From Tubiluchus corallicola (Eukaryota; Animalia; Priapulida): a DNA stretch of 64,000 bases. A model generated the notes under the pieces. The model searched no databases. It was not told the DNA's origin and saw only the letters and a list, made by a program, of their open reading frames with translations. This document shows positions 1 through 21,773 of the stretch, one piece after another; position 1 is the first letter of the stretch; each line of letters opens with the position of its first letter. The translations under genes and the position numbers were made by a program. The stretch lies in NCBI GenBank assembly GCA_030141605.1, contig JAQGDQ010000054.1:186001-250000 (forward strand). The letters run 5' to 3'.

Positions 1-195
1 AATTGTTGTGGTGCTAAGGTTTTCCAATTTGATGAGTATTTTTATTCTGCCGTGTCTTTTGAAACCCAAAAATTAAAATTTTCTAGAAATGTTGAAAGTC
101 TTAAGCTACAAATCCTCGAGAATTATTCAAGCATTTTTAGATTTGCAATGCTTGTTATGTTGCATTAAATACCTTCTAGTAGTATCACTCGCTGA

Positions 196-8779
<8,584 letters not shown>

Positions 8780-10160
8780 TCTGTACAGCATTTCTTAGGC
8801 TTGTATTATTAATATTATTAAATATTATATTCTCACTTGTAACTTATAATGACGCATTGTCGGTGATGTGTAAGTTAAACTGTACAGATTTCTGTGCCCT
8901 TTATTGTTTAATGAAGTGTATTTTCACATCTTATGGTGGTCATTCTATGACTATGTTGTATTGTAAATGCTTAGGATATTTTCAGAAATATTGCATTTCT
9001 GTTTCTAATAGATTTGCTCTTGTACAAATGCTGTATAATTTACTATAATATGTAATTGCACAAAATTGGTCTTCGTGATCTTTTCAGAGATTATATAGTT
9101 AATTTAACAGTGCTGAAGTTAACCTTCAGATATTTTATTTTTAGTTTTGTTTTATGAAATGTATGGTTAATATTTTAAATTTTTGTTCACTGCTATTGTT
9201 CAAATTACTTTTTCCTTATAGAAAACACTGGCAGTTTCTGTAGTAGGCATTTTGTAAACATTTTATGACTGTAGTTCGTGATATCACTCTCAGCAACAAA
9301 TGTATTGATAGTCCTTCAGGTTCTGTTGTCTGCTTTCAATATGTGTAAATTGTATGCTTGAGCTTGGTCAGGCGTCAAGTGTTGCAAAGTAACTACTAGC
9401 TATTTCTTATCTGTCTTTGCCGAAACCTTTGCAAGTTTCCATTACAAGACATTTCTATTTTTATTACAATTGACGATGATAATTTGATGTTGTAATTTAA
9501 TTTGAAGTGTGTTTTCAGTTATTTTTTAGCTTGTGTGGTACAGCCCACGTTTTTAGCACAAATTTGTGAACATATTAAAATATCTGTATTTCAGATTTTC
9601 AGATCGAAAATAATTAACAGTTGCTAACAGTCTTAACCATTTGTGATTAAAAATGCAGGTTGTAAAAAGTGAGGAGTATTGTAAGAAGACAGATCAAAAG
9701 CCTAACTTGCATGGTTGTTATTAGTGCCCATCAAAACATAATTTAAAACAAAAACATGCAGCCAAACATTTACTATCCTAAGGCACATTGAAAAATTCTG
9801 CAATTTATGCCAAATCATATTCTTTGTATTCTTTACTAGGTTGTCCTGTCATTTTCATTTCTAGGTTTCACATTTTGGCTGTTTTTACAGATTTTTTTTG
9901 TTTGTGTTGTAAATCTCATTGAATAATTATTAAGAAAACATTCACTTTGCCATGTTGTTCACATTCTATGCTGTTATATCTTATACAGTTGAACATATTC
10001 AAATAGTTCATGTTTTTCGTTACAGCATGACAGCTCTCCGTTACCATCATTACATGAATTTTATCTTGGGAGTACTTTCTTTTTGCATGTTGCATTGTTA
10101 TTTTCATCTGCGTCTGCCTGTAAGGCTAGACGGGATCATTTTGTTGATCTTTGTAAACAG

Positions 10161-10177
10161 AATAAATTGTGAATAAA
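10161..10177 (+). terminator. Probable USP7 polyadenylation signals (AATAAA x2), implying a ~1.4 kb 3'UTR
   Basis: AATAAA at 10161-10166 and 10172-10177 after a long T-rich tract downstream of the stop codon. Confidence 0.5.
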
Positions 10178-11874
10178 AGTAAATATGGCCTGATATCATA
10201 CATGAATTTAAATGCTGCTGATTTATTACACGAGTTCTTTTTTATTATAGGAATAAGACTCATTTGTACACTATGATATGTTTCTCTAGTCTACAACTAG
10301 TTTCAGCTTTTGTGACTCATGGTATATGCATTGATCTATGTTTAGGTACCAATTCACAGGTGAATCAGTAAAATCAGTTTTTTCATCAAACTAAAAGTTT
10401 AACTAGATGACCTTTCACTAAAGAGTTATACTTGCCCTGTTTAGATCGACGTTGAAACTTCTGCAAATATATTTCGCGTATTCACATTTTGACTATTCAG
10501 TAAATCTACATTGGGATACAAATATATTCGTCAATCGTGTGGGTTTAAATTAAATAAACGTTAAATTTTAATAATCTTTAACTGATTGGTGGTGACTAGC
10601 ACTTATTGTTCTATGCGTACTCAGCTGAGCGAGATACAGCGATAAGCATCTTTTCCTGGGTAGTGAACAGTTCCATGGTTCATGAAGATCAATTTCACGT
10701 GTTGGCTAACATTTGTAAAATTTAGCGAAACCAGATTCGAAGACATTTATCGATGGAGTCTCAGCTTTAGTGTTATACAATTTTGAGTGTCTGGTGGTGT
10801 TAGAACTTGTTGTTTTAACAATTTCCTGTTGTGGCCTCTCAGTTCATTTGGCCTTTTGCTTCTTCTTCTTCACTTTAATGTTTTCAAATTATCATTAATT
10901 TTTGTATTATATCTGTATGTGTGTGTACGATAAGATAAAATAAAGAATTTATGTTACCATGTATTGCACGTCACTATATTGTACTGAATGTGATAATAAT
11001 AGTAAAAAAATGTTATTTCTGGCAACTCCTAGCGTCTCATCGGGTATTAACTATATAATATAGTATGTCTTCATTCCTGGATTTGCGGATGTGATTCTGT
11101 CTGCAGTAAATTTGTTCTTTTCCTCCTAGATTCTAAGTATTGGATATTGAGTGCACTTAGTCATACTGAATATCATGTCCTTTAGCCCTGGGACTGATTT
11201 TGTGGTACTTCACTGTATTTTCTCGATAGTTTAACGGCATACAAGATGTGGTCTCTAATTTAATTACTGTAATTCTGTCATTACCACTTATGAGGCCAGA
11301 CGTTTGGAAGAACTTGAATTATTTGACACAAGAATGCATCTCCACTGACGTGAATGATTAAATAAATTAAATGAGTAAATATAGACGAGAAATCTAATTG
11401 CTGGGAGAAAATTGACGTTATTTTAGAAGTTACTTCTACGATCGGTTAACCATTAAAGTCTTAATAGATAGCCTTAGAATTCCATAACAGGTTCACAGAG
11501 TTCACTGTGTAACTTATTCAACTGAATTCCAACGGCGATCTGCACATTATGAACATTGGTCTGCGGAATGTGAAAATGTGAAACTCGGTGAACAGGTATG
11601 TTACTAAATAAAATGAATTGAACTAAAACAAGAATTTAATACAAGGATTATTACTGATTTCTGCTATTGGTTAAAAAAGGTTATAAGTTTGGCTAGAAAT
11701 AAATTTCCATCTAAATTAAAGTATTTTGTTTTAAATGCTCGCCTGCTGCTCTCTGCGATGATTCAAGCGCCTAGTAATGGTAGTTGCGGTAGCATCCGCA
11801 TATGCTCTTGTTGTAGTTTTATGCGTAGTTATGGCGGTAGAATTAGGAGATCGAACAACACATGGGTCATCATA

Positions 11875-14800
11875 ATGCTGATAAGTGATATAATAAGAAT
11901 TGGGACACACTCAATGTTCAAGGCTTCAGAACAAAATTGAAGGAAACAAATCTTTTTAAAGATCTAGACAAATATGGATTGGCGTTTTTGGCTTTACAAT
12001 CTCTGTGAAATCAACAGAGAATTATATTCGTTACCTTAGATAACAAGTATAAAATATTTTTGCATGGAGATGACAGAAGCGCTCATGCTGGAGTGGGTTT
12101 TGCTCATTCGGTGGATGTTAATTGCACGTATACTGTTATAAATTCAAGAATTATTGCTCTCAAAACTCACAAAAAACAAGCAAATTACAATCGTAAATGG
12201 CTATGCGCCCACGCTAGTGAAAAGTAAAAAGGATCCCAAATTAAGAGATGCTTTTTATGATGATTTGGATAACTTTATTAGTACAGTACCTAAAAGTCAC
12301 TTGCTAATCGTTTGTGGAGATTTCAATGCCAAGATTGGATCACTGCATAATTCATTACCAGAGCATATAGGTAAATATGGAAAAGGAATTCCAAATTCAA
12401 ACGGATTACGATTAGCTGAAACTGTTGTAGCCAAAAATCTGGTAGTCACTAACACTGTATTCCAACATAAATACGCTCACGTCACTACCTGGCAAACAAC
12501 ACAGAAAAATAAGAAGTCATGGAATGGGGAACCCAGGAGAAATCCTATAAGGAATCAAATTGATTTTGTTATGGTAAGGAAGATGCATATGCCACTAATA
12601 AGAAATGCCAGGTCGTATGCTGGTTTAAACATAGACACCGACCACTCTTTGGTTATGACTAAAATGTCAGTCAAATGGGTAAAGATGCTACAGAAAAAGC
12701 AAAATACTTAGATGTTGCCAAGCTAAAGGATAAAGATTATAGAGAAAAATACAACTTAAAGTTAGAGCAGAACATTACTAAATCTCCACCTGGTGAGACA
12801 TCTGAAAACACAAATTTGCAATGGGAAAAACTCACAAGTTCACATAAATTCAACAGCAGAAATATTTGGACATGAGAGATTAACGATAAAAGGGTTAAAG
12901 ATTATGTGATAGAAGCTTTGTCTGCAAATCAGAAAGTTTTGAAAGATAAAATTCACCAATGTAAAAATTTAGCAGAAATTGATGATCTTAAGAAGAAATG
13001 CAGGGAAATTCTAAAGCAAATTTATGAAAAGCTAAAACAAATAAAAGAAAAAAAGGTGACTGGTATCGCAGAAGAAATTGAGCAAACAAAAAATGATTCT
13101 TCTAGGCATTTTAAAGTAATACAGACTTTGCTGACCTTTCAACCAAAGAAAAAATTGGTTGTAGAAGGAAATGATGGTCTAATTACTGATACTGAATAGC
13201 AAACTGAAGCCATAGCAGAATTTTTTCAAAGAATTTTTAATGATGAAAATGCCGTTGGCATTAAAATGACTCACTTTCCAATGAAAGTTCCATTTACTGA
13301 AGAAGAAATAAAGCATGCGGCAAAATCATTGAAAAACAACAAAAGCCCAGGCGCTGATGAATTAAATGCTGAGTTAGTCAAGTATGGATATAATTTATAT
13401 GCAGAAATACCGCTGAAATTCTAAACAATATTTCAAAAACAGGCACGATTCTGCAGGATATTCAAAGAGGAATACTTATCCCTTTACCCAAGCCAGGTAA
13501 GAAACGAGGTCCTATAGAAAATCTTAGACCATTGGTGTTACTTACACTAATAAGGAAAATTTTGGCTATCTGTATGTTGACTAGGATCTATGACAGATTA
13601 CACACTCAGCAGCATATCAACCAGGAAGGAGTACTACTGAATTAGTACAAGCTTGTAAATTACTAGCCGAAAAAGCCATCTCTTCTGCTGATTACTCAAT
13701 ATATATTCTCATGATCGATATGTCAAAGGCCGTTGATTGCGTTCGGAGAAAAACTCTGCTTTGCTGTCTGGAAGAAATCCTTAAACCTGATGAAATATAC
13801 ATCATAAGTATAGTGTTAGAAAATTTATTAATTCAAGTCAGGTGTGAAGGGAAGTTGAGTCAGCCATTTTCTACAAACAAAGGAGTACCTCAGGGTGAAT
13901 GCCTAAGCCCTGTACTTTATATTTTGCCATAGCTCTCACTGGAGACAAAGTTAGAACATCGAAAGTCCTAGAAGATCACAACTACACAATTCTGGATCCT
14001 GAATTAATACCAAATGAATTAAGGCAAGAGCACAGTTACAGATCTCTACAAAGTACGTCAACTACTATATCTATGCAGTATGCTGATGATGTGGCATGGA
14101 TTACAAGAAACAAAGAAGAAATAGATGAAATAGAGGAGAAACTGAACAGAATGGATCTCGTTGTAAACAAATATAAAACTGAAGAGTTTCACATAACATG
14201 CCTTGGTGATGAATCATGGTAAAGATGCAAGTATCTCGGTAGTCTGCTAGCAACAGAAGACGACATATCAAGACGGAAGATAATGGCATTATCAGCGTAC
14301 TCAAAACTCACAAAAGTTTTTGGGAATAGGAATATTTCTTTGGAAACAAAAATTAGAATATTCTCAGCCTTAGTTGAAACTGTATTTCTGTATAACTCTG
14401 AGCTCTGGACATTAAAAGCAAATCATAAAGCTGAAATCGATGCATTTCAAAGGCAAAATTACAGAAACATTTTGGGTATTAGATGGCCAAAGAAAATTTC
14501 AAACAAAGATCTATATGAAAAAATAAAAGAACAACTTTGGACAAGAAAAATAAAAAGATGCCATTTAAGATGGATTGGGCATATGCTTAGACTACCTGAT
14601 GATATTCCAGTGAAGATAGCCCTTCAACAAGCGCCATAGAACCAGCTAAAAGACCTGCAGAAGGACAAATGTTAACATATTTAGATTTTGCACAGAAAGA
14701 TTTAAACACTTCAGCATTGATCTTTAGAAATAAATGCACTTGGGGCATTGCGGCAAGCAGGTACTCCTGGCATAGGGAGGTGAGCAGAATCATGTCCCTG

Positions 14801-14901
14801 GACGTATGATTCATATGATGATGGTTGAAAATAAAAAAAACATTAACGAAAGAGAAACCGCTGCCTAGTTACGGGTAAGAAAGATATGTTTACTTACTTA
14901 C
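11875..14901 (+). mobile_element. Decayed, near-full-length RTE-type LINE (APE endonuclease + reverse transcriptase) with many frameshifts and stops
   Basis: ORF pieces 12154-12711, 12906-13199, 13711-13932, 13899-14222 and 14283-14639 plus adjacent frames give APE motifs (IRIGT.NV, YAPT, GDFNAKIG, NQIDFV, DTDHSLV) and RT motifs (KSPGADELNAE, ENLRPLVLL, IDMSKAVD, GVPQGECLSP, QYADD, KYLG, LYNSELWTL, LRWIGHMLR). Probable (TTAC)n tail at ~14890-14901. The 5' boundary is approximate. Confidence 0.92.
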
Positions 14902-14968
14902 ATGAGTAAGTAAGTAAACATATCTTTCTTGCCAGGACCTAGCCAGCGGTTTCTCTTTCCTTAATGTT
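14839..14968. repeat. ~130 bp imperfect palindrome (two ~63 bp arms, 4 nt spacer) at the LINE 3' end
   Basis: Left arm aacattaacgaaagagaaaccgctgcctagttacgggtaagaaagatatgtttacttacttac; reverse complement of the right arm aacattaaggaaagagaaaccgctggctaggtcctggcaagaaagatatgtttacttacttac. Confidence 0.9.
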
Positions 14969-15417
14969 AAAGCTTTACTCAGTAAGTGGTTGAACTCTGC
15001 ATAGTAAAAGCCAAGTCCCAGAGTACCATTGAGACAATTTCCTCTGCATACTGGTTGCTGTATAGTAATAGATTGCAGTCAAAATTCCTTCAACTCAAGT
15101 TTGCACCCTCAGATGCCTGGAGGAATATACGTTGCATATAGATCTCACTTGACATGAATGGCGTAATTTTACTGTTTTACGTTACTAATTGCATTTTTAG
15201 AGTAGAATAATACAATATATACTATTTTAATGCTTTAAATTAGGTACAAATATTGTTGATAATATAAAAATAGCTTTGAGCGAAGTAAGAAAAGCGTCGT
15301 AGGGTTGTTAAGCGAGGAGTTACTATACTATTTTTATAATATTTACCTGTGTACTTTACATATATATGTATGTGTGTATGTGTGTGTGTATATACATATG
15401 TATAGTTATTGTATATA

Positions 15418-16364
15418 CAGTAAGCACTACTTAATAGACTCATGGTTAATAGACTCAATCGCTTAATTGACTCAAAAACGCCTGAAGCGGGCCGCTTCTA
15501 TTCAAATATACATGAGAACTATCGGTATAACTCCGCATAATTGATTCAATGTTTTTCCTTTAAAATTCCTACTTAAAATAAGATATTTGTATGTGCCAAA
15601 AGAGCATTTCCTACTTATATGTCATCTTTACTTCCCTTTTGTGCACTATGTATGCAGAAACAATCATGTTAAGTACTGTTTTGCTTATGAGCAGGTACGT
15701 TTATCATGCACTAATACGCTAGCGTAGCGGTTTTGCTTTGAATCTGTTACCCGCTCGCCCACTGTTACCCAAAGAATTTCTGGAAGATAAACATTTAATC
15801 ACTTGCCTAGGGTTTCCTTTGGATGCTCTCATTGCAAATCACGCTTTCAGGCTTAATGAGTTGACAGTCAAAGATGCAGGTACAGTAATCAGCAGAGATT
15901 CCTTGTGACTTACATGAGTAAACATCGTACAGCAAATAAGGGCAATGTAAGTGAGCAGACGATTCAGAACTGTTTTAGTCACACACAACAACAGATTTTC
16001 AACGTTTTTATAATTACGAGAACTTTATGGGCCAACTTCTTCGCGAGAAAATGAAGCAGCTGACTTTGAAGGAATTTTTGTAATTTTTGCAAATAGACGA
16101 ACTTAGAAAAGTCCGATTTAGAAAAGTATACTTTTTAGTTTATTGCTAATTCACTTATATAAATTAATATTTTATAATGTTTTTTCCAATTTTTAACTGC
16201 ACAACGGAATTTAGGCATTACTTCATTTCTAAAACCTTTGCAGTGCATAGTAAGCTGACTCGTACTTCTATACCAGTAATACTATACCCATTGGTTAATA
16301 GGTTCAGTTGGTTAATTGGGTCAAAACACGTCAGTCCCAAAGTGAGTCTATTAAGCGGCGCCCA

Positions 16365-16367
<3 letters not shown>
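15418..16367. mobile_element. Non-autonomous Tc1/mariner (pogo/Tigger-like) DNA transposon inserted in a TA-rich microsatellite
   Basis: TA|CAGTAAGCACTACTTAATAGACTCA at left versus reverse complement TA|CAGTGGGCGCCGCTTAATAGACTCA at right; TA TSDs; subterminal repeats of ttaatagactca; no transposase ORF. Confidence 0.75.
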
Positions 16368-16461
<94 letters not shown>

Positions 16462-16463
16462 AT

Positions 16464-16530
<67 letters not shown>

Positions 16531-16660
16531 ATGCGTGCGTGCGTGTATACATGTATATATGTATATATATACATGTACACACGCACTCATGCACACACAC
16601 CCTTACACATGCACGGACTCACGCCCGCACGGATGCGCACACATACACACTCACACATTT
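16368..16660. repeat. Compound microsatellite (TA)n-(GT)n-(CA)-rich
   Basis: Directly visible; accounts for the YIYI/CVCV/THTH ORFs in the ORF track. Confidence 0.98.
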
Positions 16661-16785
16661 GTATACAATTTTAATATAGATTTTTTCTGATCTTTTTAGA
16701 AGTAAAGGTTATTCACTATCAGTGTTTTCCTACAACTTTACAAGACGTGTGATATCTTCACAACAAAAATGAGTATGGAATAAAT

Positions 16786-19700
16786 ATGGCAGTTACACTT
16801 GCAAAAAACTATTGTAAATTTTGTTTGGCAAGACATTTTCTTAGTGGGGGTATTTTGCGTTTTCCTCTACATCGTTTAGTGTCTTCAGATTTGCCTCACA
16901 ATGATAAATATAGTGAGACACCAGAATGGCCGGAGTTGCTTCCAGTTTTACTCGACAAAAAAGATCCTGCACATATTGCACATGAAAGGAAGCTATGGAT
17001 GGATAAATTGCGACAGCTTCCAAATGTAGCAGAAAAACTCGACCTAATCAGCTATAAGCCTCCGGTTCCTAAAGAACCAGGACCTCGGTACATGGACACA
17101 CGACCACTAGAAGCTCAACTGCAGTGTCCTAATAAATTTACAGTTAATCCTTGTACGAACATATATAACTTATTACCATATCAACAGTGGATTACTAGAA
17201 CTCATCTTGTGAATGGTCTTCCTGAATTCTATGACAGAATTGATAGTGATGGTAAAGCGTTAGGCAAAATTAGAGGCAAATTTGAGGACTCCCTTGCTAT
17301 GGAGATGGAACGTTATCGTGATGTAGGTCCATTCAAATGTGATCTTTTACCCGGAAGCTTCATTTCTAGTTTAGTACAAATCATTATACAGACATTTGCT
17401 AACGACTACCCACACCTCACAGCTGCACATGTGGATCACAATGCAAGACAAGAGAGTTTTTGGTTTGTTGGAGGATTTCCAGGCAAAGGTGAGAAGGGTG
17501 GTCATCTACAGACCAAGTATGGCATGTGCTTCCAGTACAAGGCAATACCATACTGTCAAATTCGGACACCAAATCCTCTACAACAGGTAATAATTATTAA
17601 CTAAATATTTTTAACTCTTTGACAGCAAATTGTTTTGCAACTAGTGCTGCGTGATTTTTTTTGTGCAATACCAGCTACGGTGGGTGCAGGATGCTAATGT
17701 AGTGATGCTTGTTTGGACCTAAAACCTCGTTTGTATTTCCAAGAGGTGCCGCTTAATAAAACCACAGAAATAAAACCATTTCCGTTTCAGAGCCGCTTAG
17801 GTACAGTCTCAAGTTACCTCCAGTTTGGTTAGGTAATGCTTCATTTAGTGAGACCACATTTTTCGGCAACAGGCAATAAAGGCAGTAGCACAATGAAAAA
17901 AAATCCCTAGGATTACTTCTTCTTAGTTTACCTCATGCTGAAAGTTAATGTCAGTTGTTTCACTCTGCGTGTATGTTTGCTAGACTTTAGTCTGTTGACT
18001 AAACTTGAATCACTATTGTATGCTTGAATGTGAGTAAACTGCATGCCCCATTTTTAATTGCCACATGAGCCTGTAAGCAAAGTTTTTGTACATAATGCAT
18101 TAAATTATGTCAGGCAAATGAAAGTGCACGGGGAAATGCACAGGGGTTACAAAAATGAATGATAAAACTAACTACATGTAGCTAAAATGGATTGCCAATT
18201 AATAAATATGCTTATACGGAATGGATTTTGAAAATAAAGATGATGCTAGTGAACAGATTGCGCATACATATGTGTGTGGTATATGCTGTATTAATTAGGA
18301 CAAAGTGTTTACACACTGTACTTTGCAAATTCATGCACTTGCAACAGGTTGTAATAAAGCCACAATTTGTTAAGGCTACTTATTGCTGGTCTCGTGGTGG
18401 TTTTATTTAAATGGCAGTTACTATATTAAAAAAGAAATTCAGCTCACCAAAAAGAGTCCTGAATCGTGTGTATATTTCTTTTTTATTTGTATTCTTTATT
18501 TCAAAATTAATTCGAGTTACTATGTTCTGTATGTAACATTTTGCACTTGGCATTTATTAGGTGTTGTTCACAACAAACTGCCTACTTTAAAAAAAACATA
18601 TAGTGAATGGGCAGTGAGAATGAGAATTTTATTGTGATGGTTTTTTCCCTTTGTTGGTTTGCATACTGTTCATGGAAAAGTCCCTTCCCATTACTGGCAA
18701 CAATTGTAAAGTGTTGCTATCACGTCACAATATCTAAAAAAATTCACTCGCTTATGTATAATGTATATGGTGACTATAAAACTTGTGATACAGGAGTTTC
18801 ATGTTAATTTTAATTTGGAACTGTTTTCAGTCTGAAATTTTTTTGTGCATATTTTATTATTATCATTATTATTATGAAGTGAAAACGAATTGAACTATTT
18901 GTTTTGGTAAACTTAACACTATTTATTTTCATGTCAGACAATTGGAGCTGTTCTAGCAATTTGGGCATCAGCTTAATAGTTAGCTCCTTTAGATGGGTCA
19001 ATTAAGATTAGTTCTGAATTTCTGAGAACTGTACAAGTTAAACACACACTCAAAAAACTGAATGTGAATGTGGTTCCATAAACAGTGGTTTCTATTTTAA
19101 AGTTGCCAAATGAATGCTATTGTGACCTTTTAACTAAAGATTGTTTTTGAAGTATTTGCATTTATATTTACAGGTAGTAGATAAAGGAGACTCATTATCA
19201 ACAAGTTCACACATTCCTGAATGGAAATATCATCCTGTGCATATTGGACTGGCATTTAAGAGAGAGGATTATTCTGTTACACCAGGTGAAATCATTTTCT
19301 AAGTTTTTTCTGCTGTAAAAGATTAAATTTAATTTTTTGACAACGAGGCCTACTTTATACATGTATCATGTGCTTTTTGGTGTTCATTATTGCTTAAAAT
19401 AGTTTAAATGGTTAAAAGCTTGAGGTTCAAATAAAGATTATTTATGGAATCACCTTATCAGTCACACACCAACCTCAAGAAAGCCACCTTTTCTGATGCT
19501 TTGATTAGGTTATTCATTATGCTGTTTAAATCTGCTTTTCATTCACTTAAACTACAAGCAAGTAATTTGGTAGTTTTTCACAACATTTGAAGTAATTCCA
19601 AGGACAGTAGGATTTTTGTAGGTGCAGGTATTTGTTAAAACAGTTTTGCATTTGACGTCACAGTGCTGATAGAAATTAATATGACTTTATCCTGAGCAGT

Positions 19701-21733
19701 CAGAGTGTAAAAGCAGTACTTGCAATATCCATATCTACATAAATGACTGGAACAACATTTTAAATAATTCTAGTTCTTTGATACTACAGTACGAGTTAGT
19801 AACTTGTCAATAAAGGACTAATACTTAATATTTTTTGTCTAGGATTTTGGTATGGTGACCCTTGTAAGTATGGGTTGTTATCAGTGCACAACATTGTCAA
19901 AGATCAGATTTATTTAAGTCACAGATTCAACGACAGTGTTATTGACGACATCTGGAAGGGCCAGTCTGTTATAAGTGGGTTCTCATGGCTTTTAGCACAA
20001 GCTATGTTTTTAGGTAAATATTCCGTGTGTTGTCTTATAGATTTGGAAATTTTTTACTTGTGGTCATTAGGAACAAGTTTTTTGTTTGTGTGTGTTAAGT
20101 GACAGCTTATTGTTCTGTAGCATCACTGGATAAAGGACATTACGGAACAGTGAGCCCACGCCTAATTATCGAAGTAATACGTGTATAGTAAAAAAGGTTT
20201 TTATAAGTGAACCATGATCGCATGGTTATTTATAGCTTCTCATGTAAGGAACATATAGTTCCAAGTGGGTTAATATTTGTATTCATCGCTCGTTGTTTAT
20301 TTACACTGAATATAAATGAAGCGTGAATAGTTAGGATAAAACAGAAAGAATCCTTACAACAGTTTCAATTGTGTTTTATAGTTATGCACTAACTAGAAAC
20401 TAAACTGGAAACTCATTTCATCAAGTATTACAAAGTACGACATCAGAGATTAAACAGCTACAAATTTTACTGCTATATTTTGCAAATTGTATTCCATGGC
20501 AATGAATATATACTTTTTGTGTTTAGTAGAAACAAATAGCATTTTGATATTATCTCACAAATTGAAGTTTAATTTTTTACTAAAGCACTACTAAAAGTAC
20601 TTTTAGCATCACAGCTTATATTTTGAACACTACCTGCTGAGTAATAATAGAGAACGTAATATCTTCCAGGGGCTAGTAATTTCACTTATTTTGTTTAATT
20701 GATCATTATTGCAGGATTTGAACATTTTAATGATCTCACATACCCTCTTGTGACTCAAACAGTTACTACTGATGGTCAATATTGGTCATTCTCCACATAC
20801 CAGCTGAATACATTTCAGTTCAGTGATTACATGCAGAGTGATTGCAGGAATATTTGCTGGACAACAGGAAAACTGAAACTGTATGACATCATTGAGCATA
20901 ATCAGGTACAGCTAAAAGTAATTTCTTAGGAAAGGTTCGCAATTAGGCTAACCAGTGATAGGTTGTACCTTAGCTCAGTTAGTTGTTTTTTATCGTATAT
21001 ATATTAATCCTGTTGGTATGTGGTATATATATATATAAGATTCGAGCCTACAGCTTCGACAGCAGCACCATTTGCGGCAATCTATATATCAAACGAAAGG
21101 TCTCGATCTAATGTCTTCTCATTGGGGGTTTATTTTTCGGATTGGACCCGCCAGGTGAAATGGGGGGCAAAAAACCTTCAAAAATGGTCATTTTTCAGCC
21201 ATTTTTTGCAAAATGGCATGGTGCCCATAATGCTTAAATAGTCTTAAATCAATGATGGGTGTAGTAGGCATATTTAGAATTCGTGGGACAGCCACGGTGC
21301 CCTGCAACAGGTGTTTTCTAGGATGCAACTGTCGATTTTTTCAAAATTTTGGCCAAACAGCCTGTAGAAAAAACGTTCTAGCGGCACCTAGTGGGACTCT
21401 CGAAAGGAGATATATAGCTCTTTAGAAAGAGGAGGAACAGGGCTACACGATGGCATGGGCTGTACTTTAGGATGTCTACAATGTGAGGAGTTGTGACGAG
21501 TAGGAGGTTCCATTTCGGGCATTTTTTGCTTAGAAGACTGCTGACGCAAAGCCATTGTTCTGAGTCATCCATTATACTCTGCTTATAACCTTAATTCAGT
21601 AAAAGCTGCTACTGGCTTTGCATTATAAATGAGGACTATGTAGGATGTTCACATATTGTTGATTATAAGTGTATTTTTATGCAAAAGTTTTTGCAGGGCA
21701 TTTGCTAGTCTATATATTAATTTCGGTGGTATG

Positions 21734-21773
<40 letters not shown>

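Noticed and set aside
16177-16690. Six overlapping ORFs of 73-165 aa (YIYI, CVCV, THTH)
   Set aside because: Translations of (TA)n and (GT)n microsatellites.
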